Counted from the first letter of the stretch, positions 48,387 to 59,868 are shown. The stretch: DNA of 60,524 nucleotides from Hyphobacterium sp. (GCA_021604625.1 BQJI01000001.1:1-60524); one strand, 5' to 3'. Numbers and translations are program-made. The notes: generated by a model not told the origin, from the letters alone.

Positions 48387-49694
48387 ATGAGCAATCATGC
48401 ACTCGTTGGTTTTCTGGCCGTCATTTTTCTTTCGGCCCCGGCCCTCGGGCAGGATAATCCTTCCATTGACGCCGCGATGCGCGCCCGCGTCGTAAATGGT
48501 GTGGCAGAGCAGGTTGAAGCAAATTTCTACGATTCAGGCCTTGGCGCGGAGATCGCCACCGATCTCAGGGCCCGCCTTGCAAACGGTGAATTTGACGATG
48601 CGGCCGATGCCGCCAGCCTGTCCGACCAGCTGACGGCCATTCTATACCCGTCGGATTCTCATTTCGCCGTCCGATATTTTGGACCGCCTCCACCGACGAA
48701 TGGTGCGGGTCAACCCGACCAGCGCGGCAATCCCTTCGCGGCGGGAAGCCGCGTCAATTACGGCTTTCAGGAAGTTTCCATTCTGCCGGGCAATGTCGGC
48801 TATATCGACATGCGTCTGTTTTTCCCCGTCCAGCAGGGTGGTGACACCGCCTTGGCAGCTCTGAATTTCATTGAACATACCGACGCTGTGATTTTCGACA
48901 TGCGCCAGAATGGCGGCGGCACGCCGCAAATGGTGCAATTCCTGATCAGTCACTTCCTCGACCCGAACTCGCCAACCGTGATCAATACGTTCAGGGCCAG
49001 CAATCGCGACTATCCGGGGGAGCTTCTTTCCCTGGCCTATCTGCCGGGCGCAGCACGGCCTGATGTCCCGCTTTATGTCCTGACCAGCAGCCGGACCGGC
49101 TCGGCGGGCGAAGCCTTCCCCTACCATCTGCAAGCGATGGAGCGCGCGACCATTGTGGGAGAGACAACATACGGCGCTGGCAATCCCGGCGGGTTTGTTC
49201 CCGCTGGCGAGGGGTTCGGCGTGTTCGTTTCAAATGCGCGGACCCAGAATCCGGTCACAGGCACAAACTGGGAAGGTGTGGGCGTTGTACCGGACGTGGC
49301 GACAACAAGCGACGACGCGTTGGAGACCGCCCTCGGGCTCGCCTATGGCGCCATCCTTGAAACCGCAGAAGAACCCGGACATCGCCAATCCATCGAATGG
49401 GCACGAGAAGTGATCAATGCACGCCTCGATCCACCGGCTTTCGATGTCGCCGCCAATATGGACATCGCCGGACAGTATGGCGAACGCCGGATCTATGCAG
49501 AAGATGGCACGTTATTCTATCGACGCGGCGATCAATCGGGCCGACCGCTGATCTATCTGGGCGACGATCGCTTTATGATCGAAGGGCTGGAAGATATTCG
49601 CGTGACCATTCAGCGCCAAAACAACCGCGTCATATCAATTTCACTGCAGCAAGCGGGTGGGCCAGCAGATGTGTCGATGCGAACGGGCGATTAA
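48387..49694 (+). CDS. S41 family peptidase (IRBP-like)
   Basis: GNVGYI, IFDMRQNGGG, TGSAGE and WEGVGVVPD motifs. Confidence 0.88.
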   Translation: MSNHALVGFLAVIFLSAPALGQDNPSIDAAMRARVVNGVAEQVEANFYDSGLGAEIATDLRARLANGEFDDAADAASLSDQLTAILYPSDSHFAVRYFGPPPPTNGAGQPDQRGNPFAAGSRVNYGFQEVSILPGNVGYIDMRLFFPVQQGGDTALAALNFIEHTDAVIFDMRQNGGGTPQMVQFLISHFLDPNSPTVINTFRASNRDYPGELLSLAYLPGAARPDVPLYVLTSSRTGSAGEAFPYHLQAMERATIVGETTYGAGNPGGFVPAGEGFGVFVSNARTQNPVTGTNWEGVGVVPDVATTSDDALETALGLAYGAILETAEEPGHRQSIEWAREVINARLDPPAFDVAANMDIAGQYGERRIYAEDGTLFYRRGDQSGRPLIYLGDDRFMIEGLEDIRVTIQRQNNRVISISLQQAGGPADVSMRTGD

Positions 49695-50236
49695 TTCACT
49701 TCGATCGCAAACACGCCCCACACCCAGTCACTGTCATCTGTCCCGGCGAGCGCATCATCGCTTTCGCGGGGCCAGACGATCATCGCCGGGCCGAAACCGC
49801 CAATATTCAACGCCTGCCCATCCATGCGGATGGCGAGGATGACATCGTGATCATTGATCCGGGCCAGTTCGATATCGCGTTGATAGCCGTCCAGCGCCGT
49901 GATGGTCAGCGTATCGCCTTCCGGACCAGCCACCGCCAGCACATCGCGCAAAAGCGGGCCGGAAAAGGTCCGCATTTCGCCGCCCATCGGATAGGCCACC
50001 CGAATTGTGTGCTGGTCCATATCGGCCAGGCTGGCAAACGGCATCACACACGCCGCGTCGAATTCAATGCCATAGGCGCGGAATAAAGGCTCCGTGACAG
50101 CATCGACGGGGCCGCGATCCACCGTGCTGATATCGCCATACAGGGTGACGAGATCGCCGCCTTCGGCAAAGTCCGGATCGCCGGAACACGCCGCCAAACT
50201 TAACGCTGCGAGAATGGATGCTGCGAACCGGATCAT
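49691..50236 (-). CDS. Lipoprotein, molybdopterin-dependent oxidoreductase-like domain
   Basis: LAAC lipobox; FSGPLLRDVL, ALDGY and GGFGP..IVWP...WVW motifs. Confidence 0.7.
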   Translation of the reverse strand: MIRFAASILAALSLAACSGDPDFAEGGDLVTLYGDISTVDRGPVDAVTEPLFRAYGIEFDAACVMPFASLADMDQHTIRVAYPMGGEMRTFSGPLLRDVLAVAGPEGDTLTITALDGYQRDIELARINDHDVILAIRMDGQALNIGGFGPAMIVWPRESDDALAGTDDSDWVWGVFAIEVN

Positions 50237-50311
50237 GTTTGCCCCCTTGTTTGCAGCGCAGCATAGATGAGTCGCGACGCGGTTTGAATGGGGGGTGAGG
50301 CGAATTTCCGC

Positions 50312-50863
50312 TTACTGGAATAATTGCCGGTAACGGCTTTCATCCTGCAGAGTGAGGATAACGGAGGTTTCGCCCATCGGACGGTTGAGAATATTGCCCC
50401 CGCCAAAGCGCCAGCCTTCGCCGGATTCGGCCATCGCCGCATATTCGGTCAGTTCTTCCTCGACATTTTCATAGCGCGTGCGGAACATCAAAAACACATA
50501 GCGCACGCCGGGCCGGTAACAATGCCCGCGCTCGGTGCAGGGCAAGGTCCCGGCATCAATCGCGCCCGCCTGCAAGACCTCGATGGAGGTCAGCGCCCCG
50601 GTACGATTACGGCTATCAGTCATGAAACGCAGATAACGTTCGCGTGGCCACCATTGGCGGATGCGGCGGTCGGTCAGCTGGTATTGCGCGTAATGATCTT
50701 CTTCCTGCCAGGCATTCAGCCAGTCGAGAAAAACGCCATAGGCTTCGCGCACGTCGGCGTCGCTGGCAGGCTCGACATCCTGAGCGAACGCCGGCGCAGA
50801 AGCACACAAGACCGCCATCAGCAGGATCAATCTCGGCAGGGAAAAGGCATGCAAGGCTTTCAT
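50312..50863 (-). CDS. Secreted hypothetical protein (DUF4019-like)
   Basis: Signal peptide; R..GAL...Y....FRTRYEN...E pattern. Confidence 0.55.
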   Translation of the reverse strand: MKALHAFSLPRLILLMAVLCASAPAFAQDVEPASDADVREAYGVFLDWLNAWQEEDHYAQYQLTDRRIRQWWPRERYLRFMTDSRNRTGALTSIEVLQAGAIDAGTLPCTERGHCYRPGVRYVFLMFRTRYENVEEELTEYAAMAESGEGWRFGGGNILNRPMGETSVILTLQDESRYRQLFQ

Positions 50864-51009
50864 GGGCGCAGAATTGGACGCGTCTGCCCGCAGCGCAACT
50901 CACGATAGGGTGAGGGATGGGTTAGCGGAATTGGGCCCTGGCGGGACAGCCATCGCTCGCACTTAATTTTTGGCTTGCCTGGCCGAAACTCGCGATAGCG
51001 AGCGAAGGC

Positions 51010-51086
<77 letters not shown>

Positions 51087-51132
51087 ATTGGAGCGGTGGA
51101 ATAACCCAATGACGGCGAGGGTGCAATCACGT

Positions 51133-52188
51133 CTAGCGCCGCCCGGACATGGCGTCCGCGCGCAAGGCGAGTTTCAGCAGTAATTCCCCGCCCAGAAGTT
51201 CGGCCGGGGCCGCTCCGGCGCGTTTCATCTGGCGTTCGGCCTCGAAGGCAGCCTGCCGCGCCTGATCCAGTGCCCGGTCCGACCACAGCGACACCTGACG
51301 CTTGAACGCATCGGCGGCCGGGCCAAAGCGCGGCGCGCCCAGACGCATGGCCGCATCGGGCCCGCCGGATTTGGCTTCCGACAACAGATCAATCCGGCGC
51401 TGGATATTTCGAACGAGCCCCACACCGCTGGCCCCGCCGGCCCGCGCACGCGCCCAGCTATCATCTGCGGCTTTGACCTGCCCGGACATGGCGGTGTCCA
51501 CCACACGGTCGAGCGCAGCCTCGCCGCCAGCCGCTGCGCTGGCCTCGATATCGGCGAGTGTCACCACATCATCACTCGGCTCGCGCACGCCTTGCGGACC
51601 TTTATAGAGAATGAGCTTGTCGATTTCCGAGCGCGCCACGCCGCGATCGCCTTCAATCAGCGGCAGGAAGCGCGCGCGGGCCTCGGCGTCAAAACTCAAA
51701 CCCTCCGCCGCCAGCGCCTCATCGGCGAAGCTGATCAGATCGCGCCCGGTCTCGGCATAGCAGGGTACCGCCAGGGCTTTTTTCGCCGGCTCGAATGTCT
51801 TGCGCAATTTGCCTGCCGGTTTCAGATCCCCGGCCTCGACGATCAGCCAGGCTTCGGCCAGTGTTTTCCCGGCTTCAAAATCCTTGAGAAATTCGGCAAT
51901 CGGCGCGCCGCCCGCCTCGGTGGCGATCTGCGCGCGCACGAGGCGGTCGCCACCCATCATCGACAGCGCCGCCATGGAATCCGACAGTGCGGCCGGATCG
52001 GCCTTCATGTCTTCATCGGTCAACTTGGTGACGTTGAAAGGGTCGTCCGGATCATCAACGAGGGTTTTGGCCAGCGCATTAGCGCGCTCGCGTACCAGTC
52101 CGCGGTCGGGTCCATAGATCAGCCATGCGGTCAGATCACGATCGGGTTTTGCCAGTCGTGCCGCAATATCGCGGCCCGTCGCCTTCAC
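51133..52188 (-). CDS. holA: DNA polymerase III subunit delta
   Basis: LIYGPDRGLVRERA, KLRKTFE, VPCY and RSEIDKLILYKG; leuS-lptE-holA order. Confidence 0.92.
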   Translation of the reverse strand: MKATGRDIAARLAKPDRDLTAWLIYGPDRGLVRERANALAKTLVDDPDDPFNVTKLTDEDMKADPAALSDSMAALSMMGGDRLVRAQIATEAGGAPIAEFLKDFEAGKTLAEAWLIVEAGDLKPAGKLRKTFEPAKKALAVPCYAETGRDLISFADEALAAEGLSFDAEARARFLPLIEGDRGVARSEIDKLILYKGPQGVREPSDDVVTLADIEASAAAGGEAALDRVVDTAMSGQVKAADDSWARARAGGASGVGLVRNIQRRIDLLSEAKSGGPDAAMRLGAPRFGPAADAFKRQVSLWSDRALDQARQAAFEAERQMKRAGAAPAELLGGELLLKLALRADAMSGRR

Positions 52189-52676
52189 TGGCCAGCGCGG
52201 TTCATGTGCCGCGCAACACGCAAGGCAATACGGTCTGCCGCTTCACGTGCGGCGCGTTCCTCGGCATCCCGGCGCGCGCTGATGGCGGCATAGGGCTGGG
52301 CGGGGATGTCAAATGTGGCTTCGGTCCGGACGCGCTCCGTCAGTAGCGGATTATCGGTCGCGACCTCGACCAGCGAAAAATCAATCGACAGCGTCAGAAC
52401 TGCGCGTGAGGCAATGTCATTGGAGCCCACGCCCAGACGACCGGTGCTATAGTCGGCTTCGGCGACCAGACGATAGCGTCCGCCGGTAGGGGATCCGAAA
52501 CGGTCATTCAGGGCTTCGCTCAACATCTGGTCGATGCGTTCCTGACCATCCACATCAATCGAGATCGACCGCAGCGCGCCCACCTGTTGCGACGTGCCAT
52601 AGAGCGGCTGGAAAGCGCAGGCCGATAAAACAAGCGCGAGGCTCGATATCAGAACAAGAAAAACGACACGTTTCAT
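52185..52676 (-). CDS. lptE: LPS assembly lipoprotein LptE
   Basis: LSACAFQPLYG lipobox; lies between leuS and holA. Confidence 0.85.
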   Translation of the reverse strand: MKRVVFLVLISSLALVLSACAFQPLYGTSQQVGALRSISIDVDGQERIDQMLSEALNDRFGSPTGGRYRLVAEADYSTGRLGVGSNDIASRAVLTLSIDFSLVEVATDNPLLTERVRTEATFDIPAQPYAAISARRDAEERAAREAADRIALRVARHMNRAGQ

Positions 52677-52678
52677 AT

Positions 52679-55264
52679 CTAGCCCGCCACAATGTTGACG
52701 ATCCGGTCCGGGACCACGATCACTTTACGCACATTAAGCCCTTCCAGCGAACGCGCCACCCCCGGATCGGCCAATGCGGCTTTTTCTGCGGCGTCCTTGT
52801 CGGTTCCCTTGGCGATTTCGATCTGCCCGCGACGTTTGCCATTCACCTGAACCGGCATTGTCACCGTGTCATCAACCAGCAAGGCCGGGTCCGCTTCCGG
52901 CCATGCGGTGGTCGCCAGAATGCCGTCCTGTCCCAGACGCTCCCAGCAGGCTTCCGCCAGGTGCGGCATGAAGGGCGCGATCAGTTGCGCCAGGATTTCC
53001 AGGGCCTCGCCATGGGCGGCGATATCCGCGTCATTCCGCGCCGTAAACTTGCGCAGACTGTTGACCAGATCATGCACTTTCGCGACAGCGGAATTGAAAC
53101 GGAAGCCTTCAATTGCGTCGGTGACATCGCGGATCGAACGGTGTGCCGCTTTGCGAAGGTCCAGCCCGGCGGCACTGACGCCGCTCAAATCCGCATCGCT
53201 CTGTCCGGTAAAGTCATCCACCAGACTCCACAGCCGTTGCACGAAGCGCCAGACGCCATCGACGCCGCCATCCGTGTATTCCACATCGCGTTCCGGCGGG
53301 CTGTCCGACAGTACGAACCAGCGCGCCGCATCGGCACCATAAGTGTCGATGAAATCATCGAGATCGACGACATTCTTTTTCGACTTGGACATTTTTTCGA
53401 TGGCACCGACCGTGACCGGTTTTCCGGTTTCGATCTCGAATGTCTTGCCGTCGCGCTCGTCAATTTCAGTCGGAGCCAGCCATTTCCCGGCTTCCGATTT
53501 GTAGGTTTCGTGCGTGACCATGCCTTGTGTGAACAATCCGGCAAATGGTTCACCGTCAGGCATGTCGATCAGGCCGCAATCGTGCAGGGCGCGGGTAAAG
53601 AAGCGCGCATAGAGCAGGTGCAGAATGGCGTGTTCGATACCGCCGACATATTGGTCCACCGGCATCCAGCGCTGGGCCTCGGCCGCATCAAACGGCTTGT
53701 CGTTCGGCCACGGCGAAGTAAAGCGCAGGAAATACCAGGACGAGCATACGAACGTATCAAGCGTATCGGTTTCGCGTTTTGCAGCGCCGCCGCATTTCGG
53801 ACAGTCGACATTACGCCAGGAATCGTGACGATCCAGCGGATTGCCGGACTTGTCGAAGGTGACATCGGCAGGCAATTCCACCGGCAATTGATCTTCCGGC
53901 ACCGGAACAACGCCGCAGCTTTTGCAATGCACGACGGGAATCGGACAGCCCCAATAGCGCTGGCGCGAGACCAGCCAGTCACGCAGCCGGTAGGTGGTGG
54001 CACCTTCGCCCAACTTGCGTTTTTCCAGCTCGTCAATCGCACGCTCGATTGCGTCTTCTGTACTCAGCCCGTCCAGAAAGCGCGAATTATAGATCGTGCC
54101 AGCACCGGTATAAGCGTCGTTCGTAATGGTGTGCGAGGCCGCGTCCGTATCGGGCGGCAAAACCACCGGCGTCACCGGCAGGCTGTATTTGCGGGCAAAA
54201 TCGAGATCGCGCTGATCACCGGCAGGCGAGCCGAAGACCGCGCCCGTGCCATAGGTCGACAGAACGAAATTGGCCGACCAGACCGGAATTTCCCAGTCCT
54301 TGTCGAAGGGATGCAGGACTTTGACGCCCAGATCGACGCCTTTCTTGGGCGCTTTCTCGATCTCTTCTTCCGTCCGGCCGGAGGCCTGACAATCGCGGGC
54401 GAAACGCTCCACCAGCGGATTGTCATCCGCCAGCGCTGTGGTGATGGCGTGATCCGACGCCAGCGCCAGAAAACTGGCCCCGAACAGCGTATCCGGACGG
54501 GTCGTGAAAACGGTAATGCCGTCGCAGCCGAACCGGATTTTATCTTCCGTGTCGGCGAACGGGAAGGTCACATGCGCGCCGCGCGACCGGCCAATCCAGT
54601 TGGCCTGCATCAGGCGCACCTTGTCCGGCCAGCGATCCAGCCTGTCGAGGCCATCCAGCAAGGCATCCGAATAATCGGTGATCTTCAGGAACCACTGGTC
54701 GAGCTCGCGCTGCACGACCAGCGCGCCGGAGCGCCAGCCGCGCCCGTCAATCACCTGCTCATTGGCGAGCACGGTATTATCGACCGGATCCCAGTTGACT
54801 TTCGCCTGCCGGCGTTCGACCAGGCCTTTTTCGAAGAATTTCAGGAAAATCGCCTGCTGATGACGGTAATAGTCGGGCTCGCAAGTTGCGATCTCGCGAT
54901 CCCAGTCCAGCGCCAGCCCCAGCCTTTGCAGCTGGCCGCGCATGACGTCGATATTTTTCAGCGTCCAGTCGCGCGGATGCACATTACGTTCGCGCGCGGC
55001 GTTCTCGGCGGGAAGGCCAAAGGCATCCCAGCCCATCGGATGCAGGACATCAAACCCACGCGCGCGCTTGTACCGCGCCACAACATCGCCCATCGCATAA
55101 TTGCGGGAATGGCCGACATGGATTTTCCCCGACGGATAGGGAAACATTTCAAGGACATAGTATTTGGGGCTATCAGACGCTTCGCGCGGCGCGCAATCCA
55201 CACCCTGATCCGCCCAGATGCTCTGCCATTTCGGCTCGGCGTCTCTGGGATTATATCGACTCAT
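52679..55264 (-). CDS. leuS: Leucine--tRNA ligase
   Basis: [14 protein letters not shown] (HIGH), KMSKS and [11 protein letters not shown] motifs. Confidence 0.99.
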   Translation of the reverse strand: MSRYNPRDAEPKWQSIWADQGVDCAPREASDSPKYYVLEMFPYPSGKIHVGHSRNYAMGDVVARYKRARGFDVLHPMGWDAFGLPAENAARERNVHPRDWTLKNIDVMRGQLQRLGLALDWDREIATCEPDYYRHQQAIFLKFFEKGLVERRQAKVNWDPVDNTVLANEQVIDGRGWRSGALVVQRELDQWFLKITDYSDALLDGLDRLDRWPDKVRLMQANWIGRSRGAHVTFPFADTEDKIRFGCDGITVFTTRPDTLFGASFLALASDHAITTALADDNPLVERFARDCQASGRTEEEIEKAPKKGVDLGVKVLHPFDKDWEIPVWSANFVLSTYGTGAVFGSPAGDQRDLDFARKYSLPVTPVVLPPDTDAASHTITNDAYTGAGTIYNSRFLDGLSTEDAIERAIDELEKRKLGEGATTYRLRDWLVSRQRYWGCPIPVVHCKSCGVVPVPEDQLPVELPADVTFDKSGNPLDRHDSWRNVDCPKCGGAAKRETDTLDTFVCSSWYFLRFTSPWPNDKPFDAAEAQRWMPVDQYVGGIEHAILHLLYARFFTRALHDCGLIDMPDGEPFAGLFTQGMVTHETYKSEAGKWLAPTEIDERDGKTFEIETGKPVTVGAIEKMSKSKKNVVDLDDFIDTYGADAARWFVLSDSPPERDVEYTDGGVDGVWRFVQRLWSLVDDFTGQSDADLSGVSAAGLDLRKAAHRSIRDVTDAIEGFRFNSAVAKVHDLVNSLRKFTARNDADIAAHGEALEILAQLIAPFMPHLAEACWERLGQDGILATTAWPEADPALLVDDTVTMPVQVNGKRRGQIEIAKGTDKDAAEKAALADPGVARSLEGLNVRKVIVVPDRIVNIVAG

Positions 55265-55305
55265 GGAAATATCCTGAACCCGCGCAATCGGCCCGGGCGG
55301 CTAGA

Positions 55306-55791
55306 TTATTCGTCCAGTGTGGAAATCCGCAACTGCCGGGCCCGCGTCAGGATCGCATTCTCGATATCGACTGCGGTGGCTGGCGTCACGCTGGCATCAA
55401 TCCACTCACCTGTTTCATTGCGTTCCTGGCGGAACACACGAACAGAAAGCGCATCGCCGCGAAGGCGCGTGTCGAGGATATAGACCGTCACCTGAAAGCG
55501 CTCGCTGGGCAGCTCCGGGTTCGCATACCAGTCGGTGACGATGACGCCGCCAAACGGGTCGACTTCACGCAGCGGCATGAAGCTGATCGTGTCGAGGCTG
55601 GCGCGCCAAAGGAAGCTGTTGACGCCGATGCCAGCCGGGCGCTGAACCTCGGAATTATTGGACATGCCAGGGAGGCGAAGTCCGCTACGGCCTTCTGTGT
55701 CGGACTGTGACCCGCGCGAGGATGAGCATGCCGCAAGCGCCAGAACAGATAGCGCAAGAATCGGCAAGGAAAGGGAGCGGCTGAACTTCAT
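55306..55791 (-). CDS. DUF3576 domain lipoprotein
   Basis: IGVNSFLWRASLDTISFMPL...DPFGGVIVTDWY...ILTRARQLR. Confidence 0.88.
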   Translation of the reverse strand: MKFSRSLSLPILALSVLALAACSSSRGSQSDTEGRSGLRLPGMSNNSEVQRPAGIGVNSFLWRASLDTISFMPLREVDPFGGVIVTDWYANPELPSERFQVTVYILDTRLRGDALSVRVFRQERNETGEWIDASVTPATAVDIENAILTRARQLRISTLDE

Positions 55792-56058
55792 CTCTCGATC
55801 TCCATGAGAATCCGGGGGTATTCAAGCCTGACAGCCCGAATGCGTGGTGATCTATACCATTTCCTTCGCGCATGGAAACCACCCCCCGCACCTTATTCAT
55901 TGCGATCTGGCAATTTCCCATCGTGGCTTTCAGGCCACATTCGCCTTTTTCTTGCCATAATTGCCGCGCCACTCGCTTGACGCTGAGGGGGTTAGCGGTG
56001 TGGATTGCGGTCTTCGTCCGGGGGGACGGGGCCGACCGGCGGGGCCGCGAGAGGCAAA

Positions 56059-57246
56059 ATGACGCAGAAAACCAGCGCGATACTATTCTCCGCGCTTTCT
56101 GCAGCACTCGCGGCCGCGCCGGCGCATTCTTTCCAGAATTCCGATCATGAGACCGACCTGGGTTCGACGGTCGAGTTTCGCTTGCGCGCAGACGCCGCTC
56201 TTGTCCTGACCGGCGGCGATAATGGCAGCCATATTCTGGCGGATTTCGAGACCCGGTTCGAATGGGAAGGCATTTCCGATAGCGGCTGGCGCTGGGGGGT
56301 CGAACTGGGCCTCCATGCGCAGAGTGATGTCCGGCGTGAAGGCTTTGCCAATACCGCAGACCCGGCACTTGGCGCGCCGCGTCGATCTCTGGCGACCGGA
56401 CGCTATCGCGGCGGGTCGGCCGCAACCCGCCGCGATGCCTTCGCGATGGAACGTCTCAATGTTTTTCTGAAAACCGGATGGGGCGACTGGCGCGTCGGAC
56501 TGACGCCAGGCGCGGCCCGCGTAGAAGCCATAAATCTGCCGACCGGGTCGGCTTATATCAGGCTGGATGGCGGGCCGCTCGGCCTAGGCGATCAGGTCCT
56601 CACCCGCACCGAGAACGCTGGATCGGGTTTTGGTCCGTTCATTGTCTACTCCACGCCCCGTATCGTCGGGCTTCGGGCGTCGGCCTCTTTTGCACCGCAG
56701 GCACGTTATTGTGCGATCGATCTGTGTCTCAATGACGCGATACCGGGCGGCGCCGGTTCAGCCAGCCTGGAATACGTCTTCGAAACGGGCCTCAGCTTTG
56801 ATCATACTTTTCCACAGTCCGGCCGCATCGAAGCCGCCGTGAATGTCGTAACGGGCGCGCCGCTCTCGGTTGAATTTGCAGAAGATTATACCGCCTGGGG
56901 CGCGCAATTCCGGTGGTCGAGAGATGGAATGTCGCTCGGCGTGTCAGGCCTTACAGCCAATAACGGCGTGTCCGGCGCGGATTATCATGCGCTGGCGCTC
57001 GCAGCGCGCCATGATGTCGGCGACTGGAGTTTTGGCGGCGAACTGGCCTGGTCAGAGGATGATTACCTTCAGGAATCTGAAAATTCGGTGCAGATCACCC
57101 TCTCGCGCCTTGTGGGCGATCAATTCAGTGTGACCTTTGGACTACACAATGCGGATCGCGAATTCGCCATCTCTTCTGTTCAAAATGCTGTTATTATTCA
57201 GGAAAACACCACAAATGCGTTTCTGGAATTCAGTTTTCGAAACTGA
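56059..57246 (+). CDS. Outer-membrane porin-like protein
   Basis: Signal peptide, amphipathic beta strands, YSTPRIVGLRASASFAP, aromatic C-terminus. Confidence 0.7.
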   Translation: MTQKTSAILFSALSAALAAAPAHSFQNSDHETDLGSTVEFRLRADAALVLTGGDNGSHILADFETRFEWEGISDSGWRWGVELGLHAQSDVRREGFANTADPALGAPRRSLATGRYRGGSAATRRDAFAMERLNVFLKTGWGDWRVGLTPGAARVEAINLPTGSAYIRLDGGPLGLGDQVLTRTENAGSGFGPFIVYSTPRIVGLRASASFAPQARYCAIDLCLNDAIPGGAGSASLEYVFETGLSFDHTFPQSGRIEAAVNVVTGAPLSVEFAEDYTAWGAQFRWSRDGMSLGVSGLTANNGVSGADYHALALAARHDVGDWSFGGELAWSEDDYLQESENSVQITLSRLVGDQFSVTFGLHNADREFAISSVQNAVIIQENTTNAFLEFSFRN

Positions 57247-57349
57247 ACGACAGAAAGTTTGATCTTAAAACGTTGTAATTCTGAGATTCGCCTCTTCGCG
57301 TTTGACGCTTATTTGGCTAAGGTGTTTTTGCAATGAGGGGCATTATGGC

Positions 57350-57769
57350 ATGAGCCAGGTGTTAAAGGCATGGACGATCGCTATCGCGGTCGCGGGGGCA
57401 GTTGCCATCGCGCCGGGCGCTTTTGCGTCTCAGGATGTGGTCAGTGCATCGACCGATTCCGATGCCCAGCCCTGGTATGAAGCCTTTACCTTCTCGTCCG
57501 ATAGCGCACCGGGTGTGGATCTCGATCTGCCCGGTAATGAAATCGAATTTTCCGGCGGTAATAGCTGGGGCTTCACGCTCGGCATTGATGATCGCGAAGA
57601 CCAGCGCTTCGAGTTCGACTCGATCGAGGCGGGTGCCTATTTCGACCTGAATTCACGTTTCCGCTTTGGCGGTTCGGTTCGGTTTTCAAACACCGATAAT
57701 CTGATCCTTGGTCCGCAATCCAACGAGCGTGAGCCGCAGGTCAAATTCGAATCCGCTCTGCGCTTCTAG
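57350..57769 (+). CDS. NtrZ-like periplasmic protein
   Basis: Signal peptide; WGFTLGI, AGAYFDL..RFRFGGSV and PQVKFESALRF. Confidence 0.6.
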   Translation: MSQVLKAWTIAIAVAGAVAIAPGAFASQDVVSASTDSDAQPWYEAFTFSSDSAPGVDLDLPGNEIEFSGGNSWGFTLGIDDREDQRFEFDSIEAGAYFDLNSRFRFGGSVRFSNTDNLILGPQSNEREPQVKFESALRF

Positions 57770-58383
57770 ATCGACAAGCCGCCAATAGCGGCCAGTCCCG
57801 AAAATCCTGAGCCTGCCAGACGTTTTGCCGTGTCTGCAGTTATGCCGCCCAGCGCATAGACGGGCAGCGGCGCGGTTCGAACCAGCCGCCGCGCCCGCAA
57901 GACGCCCAGTCCATTGGTCCCGGCGTGACTGCGCGTTTCAAAAACCGGCGACAGGAATGCGGCATCTGCGCCAGCACGCGCCGCCCGTTCAAGTTCGCGG
58001 CGGTCATGGGCAGCCATTGTCATCACCCCATCGCCATGGGCCTGCCGCCATCGGGACGCGTCGCAAAAGCAGCGCGCCGGCCAGTGCACACCGTCCGCAT
58101 CACAGGCCGCCGCGAGGTCCGGATCGGCAGCGATGAGCAGGGTCAGACCGCGTTCGCGGGCAATCGCCGACAGTTTTGCCGCCTCCACAAACCGGTCGTC
58201 GCGGCCAAAATGGCGATAGATCAGCGCGCAACCCTTCGGCAGGCCTGCTGCATAGGCCAGCACATCCGGCGTTCGCACCGGGTCTGTCATTGCCACCAGC
58301 GCCGGAAGAGTGCCCGGCAGTCCCGGCCATCTGGCGGCGAGCCTTGCCAGCGCGGCAGCTTGGGAATAGGTGCGAGAGGCCAT
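57766..58383 (-). CDS. Thiamine-phosphate synthase-like (ThiE/TenI) protein
   Basis: ADGVHWP, AAFLSPVFETRSH and PVYALGGI motifs. Confidence 0.85.
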   Translation of the reverse strand: MASRTYSQAAALARLAARWPGLPGTLPALVAMTDPVRTPDVLAYAAGLPKGCALIYRHFGRDDRFVEAAKLSAIARERGLTLLIAADPDLAAACDADGVHWPARCFCDASRWRQAHGDGVMTMAAHDRRELERAARAGADAAFLSPVFETRSHAGTNGLGVLRARRLVRTAPLPVYALGGITADTAKRLAGSGFSGLAAIGGLSI

Positions 58384-59065
58384 GACAGATGCTGTAACCG
58401 AATTCGCCGCGCGCCGGAATGACATCCTGAAGCGTATCGGCACCGCCGCCAGAGCCGCGGACCGATCCGTCGGTGACGTTGCGCTGGTTGGCGTGTCCAA
58501 AAAACAACCCGAAGATCGTATCGAGACGGCGCTCGCGTCCGGTCATCGCGTCTTCGGCGAAAGCCGCGTGCAGGAAGCCGAGGCGCGCTGGTCGCCGCGT
58601 CGCGTAGACTACCCGGATCTGGAATTGCGACTGATTGGGCCTTTGCAGACCAACAAGGCGGAGCAGGCCGTGGCATTGTTTGACGTCATTGAAACGCTGG
58701 ACCGATTGAAACTCGCGCGCGCACTTCGCAAGGCGATGGACAGGACCGGGCGATGTCCGAGCCTTTATGTGCAGGTCAATACCGGCGAGGAAGACCAGAA
58801 AGCCGGGATCGCCCCACATGATGTCCCGGATTTTCTTGAAAATTTGCGGTCAGAATTCGGCTTCGAGATTGACGGATTGATGTGTATTCCCCCCGTCGAC
58901 GAGCCCGCCGGGCCGCATTTCGCTCTTCTGGCAGACCTCGCCGCCGCGAATGCCATTGCCAATCTCTCAATGGGCATGAGCGATGATTTTGAAACCGCCG
59001 TGAAGTTTGGCGCCACCAGTGTGCGTGTCGGCTCTGCCCTGTTCGGGACACGCCCTAGCGCCTGA
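58382..59065 (+). CDS. yggS: PLP homeostasis protein (YggS/PROSC)
   Basis: LVGVSKK, FGESRVQEA, IGPLQTNK, LSMGMS.DF and VRVGSALFG. Confidence 0.95.
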   Translation: MTDAVTEFAARRNDILKRIGTAARAADRSVGDVALVGVSKKQPEDRIETALASGHRVFGESRVQEAEARWSPRRVDYPDLELRLIGPLQTNKAEQAVALFDVIETLDRLKLARALRKAMDRTGRCPSLYVQVNTGEEDQKAGIAPHDVPDFLENLRSEFGFEIDGLMCIPPVDEPAGPHFALLADLAAANAIANLSMGMSDDFETAVKFGATSVRVGSALFGTRPSA

Positions 59066-59561
59066 TCTCCAGAATATCGCCAACTTTCGCTTGCACCAGC
59101 ACGGCCTCCAGATCCGCGCGCGCCAGCGCGACACAGCCCAGCGTCGGTGAATAATCCGGCTTCGCGCAGTGCAGGAAAACCGCCGACCCTCTGCCGGCAA
59201 CGGGCGGATCATCATTGTGCGACAGCACGACCACGATGTCGTAAAGTTCGTCCTTGCGGATCATCTCTTCAGCAGAGGCGGGATAAGGCAGCCGAACAGG
59301 CCGATTGTAGGCGGCGTCTGCCGGATCATCACACCAGCCATCATCGGCACGGATAGTTCGGACGGGCAAAACCGTCTTCGGCGCATCGCCGCGATCCACG
59401 CGATACAGCACACGCCGCAGGACATAAGTCCCGAGCGGTGTGGCGCCGTCGCCCTCCACTTTTTCGGTTTCGTGTTTCACTCCGCCCTTGCCAAGCGCCG
59501 CGCGAATCACGGTCTCGCCGATCTGAAACCGGCCATCAGAGGTCACGATGAAACGGGTCAT
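59055..59561 (-). CDS. L,D-transpeptidase family protein (YkuD-like)
   Basis: KVEGDGATPLG, GWCDDP and GSAVFLH...PTLGCV motifs. Confidence 0.88.
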   Translation of the reverse strand: MTRFIVTSDGRFQIGETVIRAALGKGGVKHETEKVEGDGATPLGTYVLRRVLYRVDRGDAPKTVLPVRTIRADDGWCDDPADAAYNRPVRLPYPASAEEMIRKDELYDIVVVLSHNDDPPVAGRGSAVFLHCAKPDYSPTLGCVALARADLEAVLVQAKVGDILEIRR

Positions 59562-59868
59562 GGCAAATGTTTTCCCGGAAATACGGCGTAATTCGAGCGG
59601 TTGGCGCGGGACGCCTGCAAGCGATTGCTCGCCCAAAGCGGCGTCCCGGTCGCCTCCCCCACCACGGAGGTTTCACGCTGCCGGGCGCACCCGCCCCCGC
59701 GTGTTGAACGTTAACCATGCAATTTTGCGGCCATTTTTCACGGAGCGATGACGGGCCGAACACGCTTTTGTGGGCTTGACCGTGATCGGCGAGGCGGTCA
59801 TTTCTGCCGGGAAATTTCAGCCGCCCGGCAGGAATTGCCTCCCGTCCAAAAAATGGCATGATCACACT

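Noticed and set aside
52961-55483. 840-aa ORF on + strand
   Set aside because: Antisense shadow of leuS, expected from GC-rich codon bias; no recognisable motifs. The same applies to the long antisense ORFs over ccoN, the AGCS transporter and the response regulator.
59704-59720. CtrA site upstream of the CenR-like gene (TTAACCAT)
   Set aside because: Half-site only; no full TTAA-N7-TTAA.
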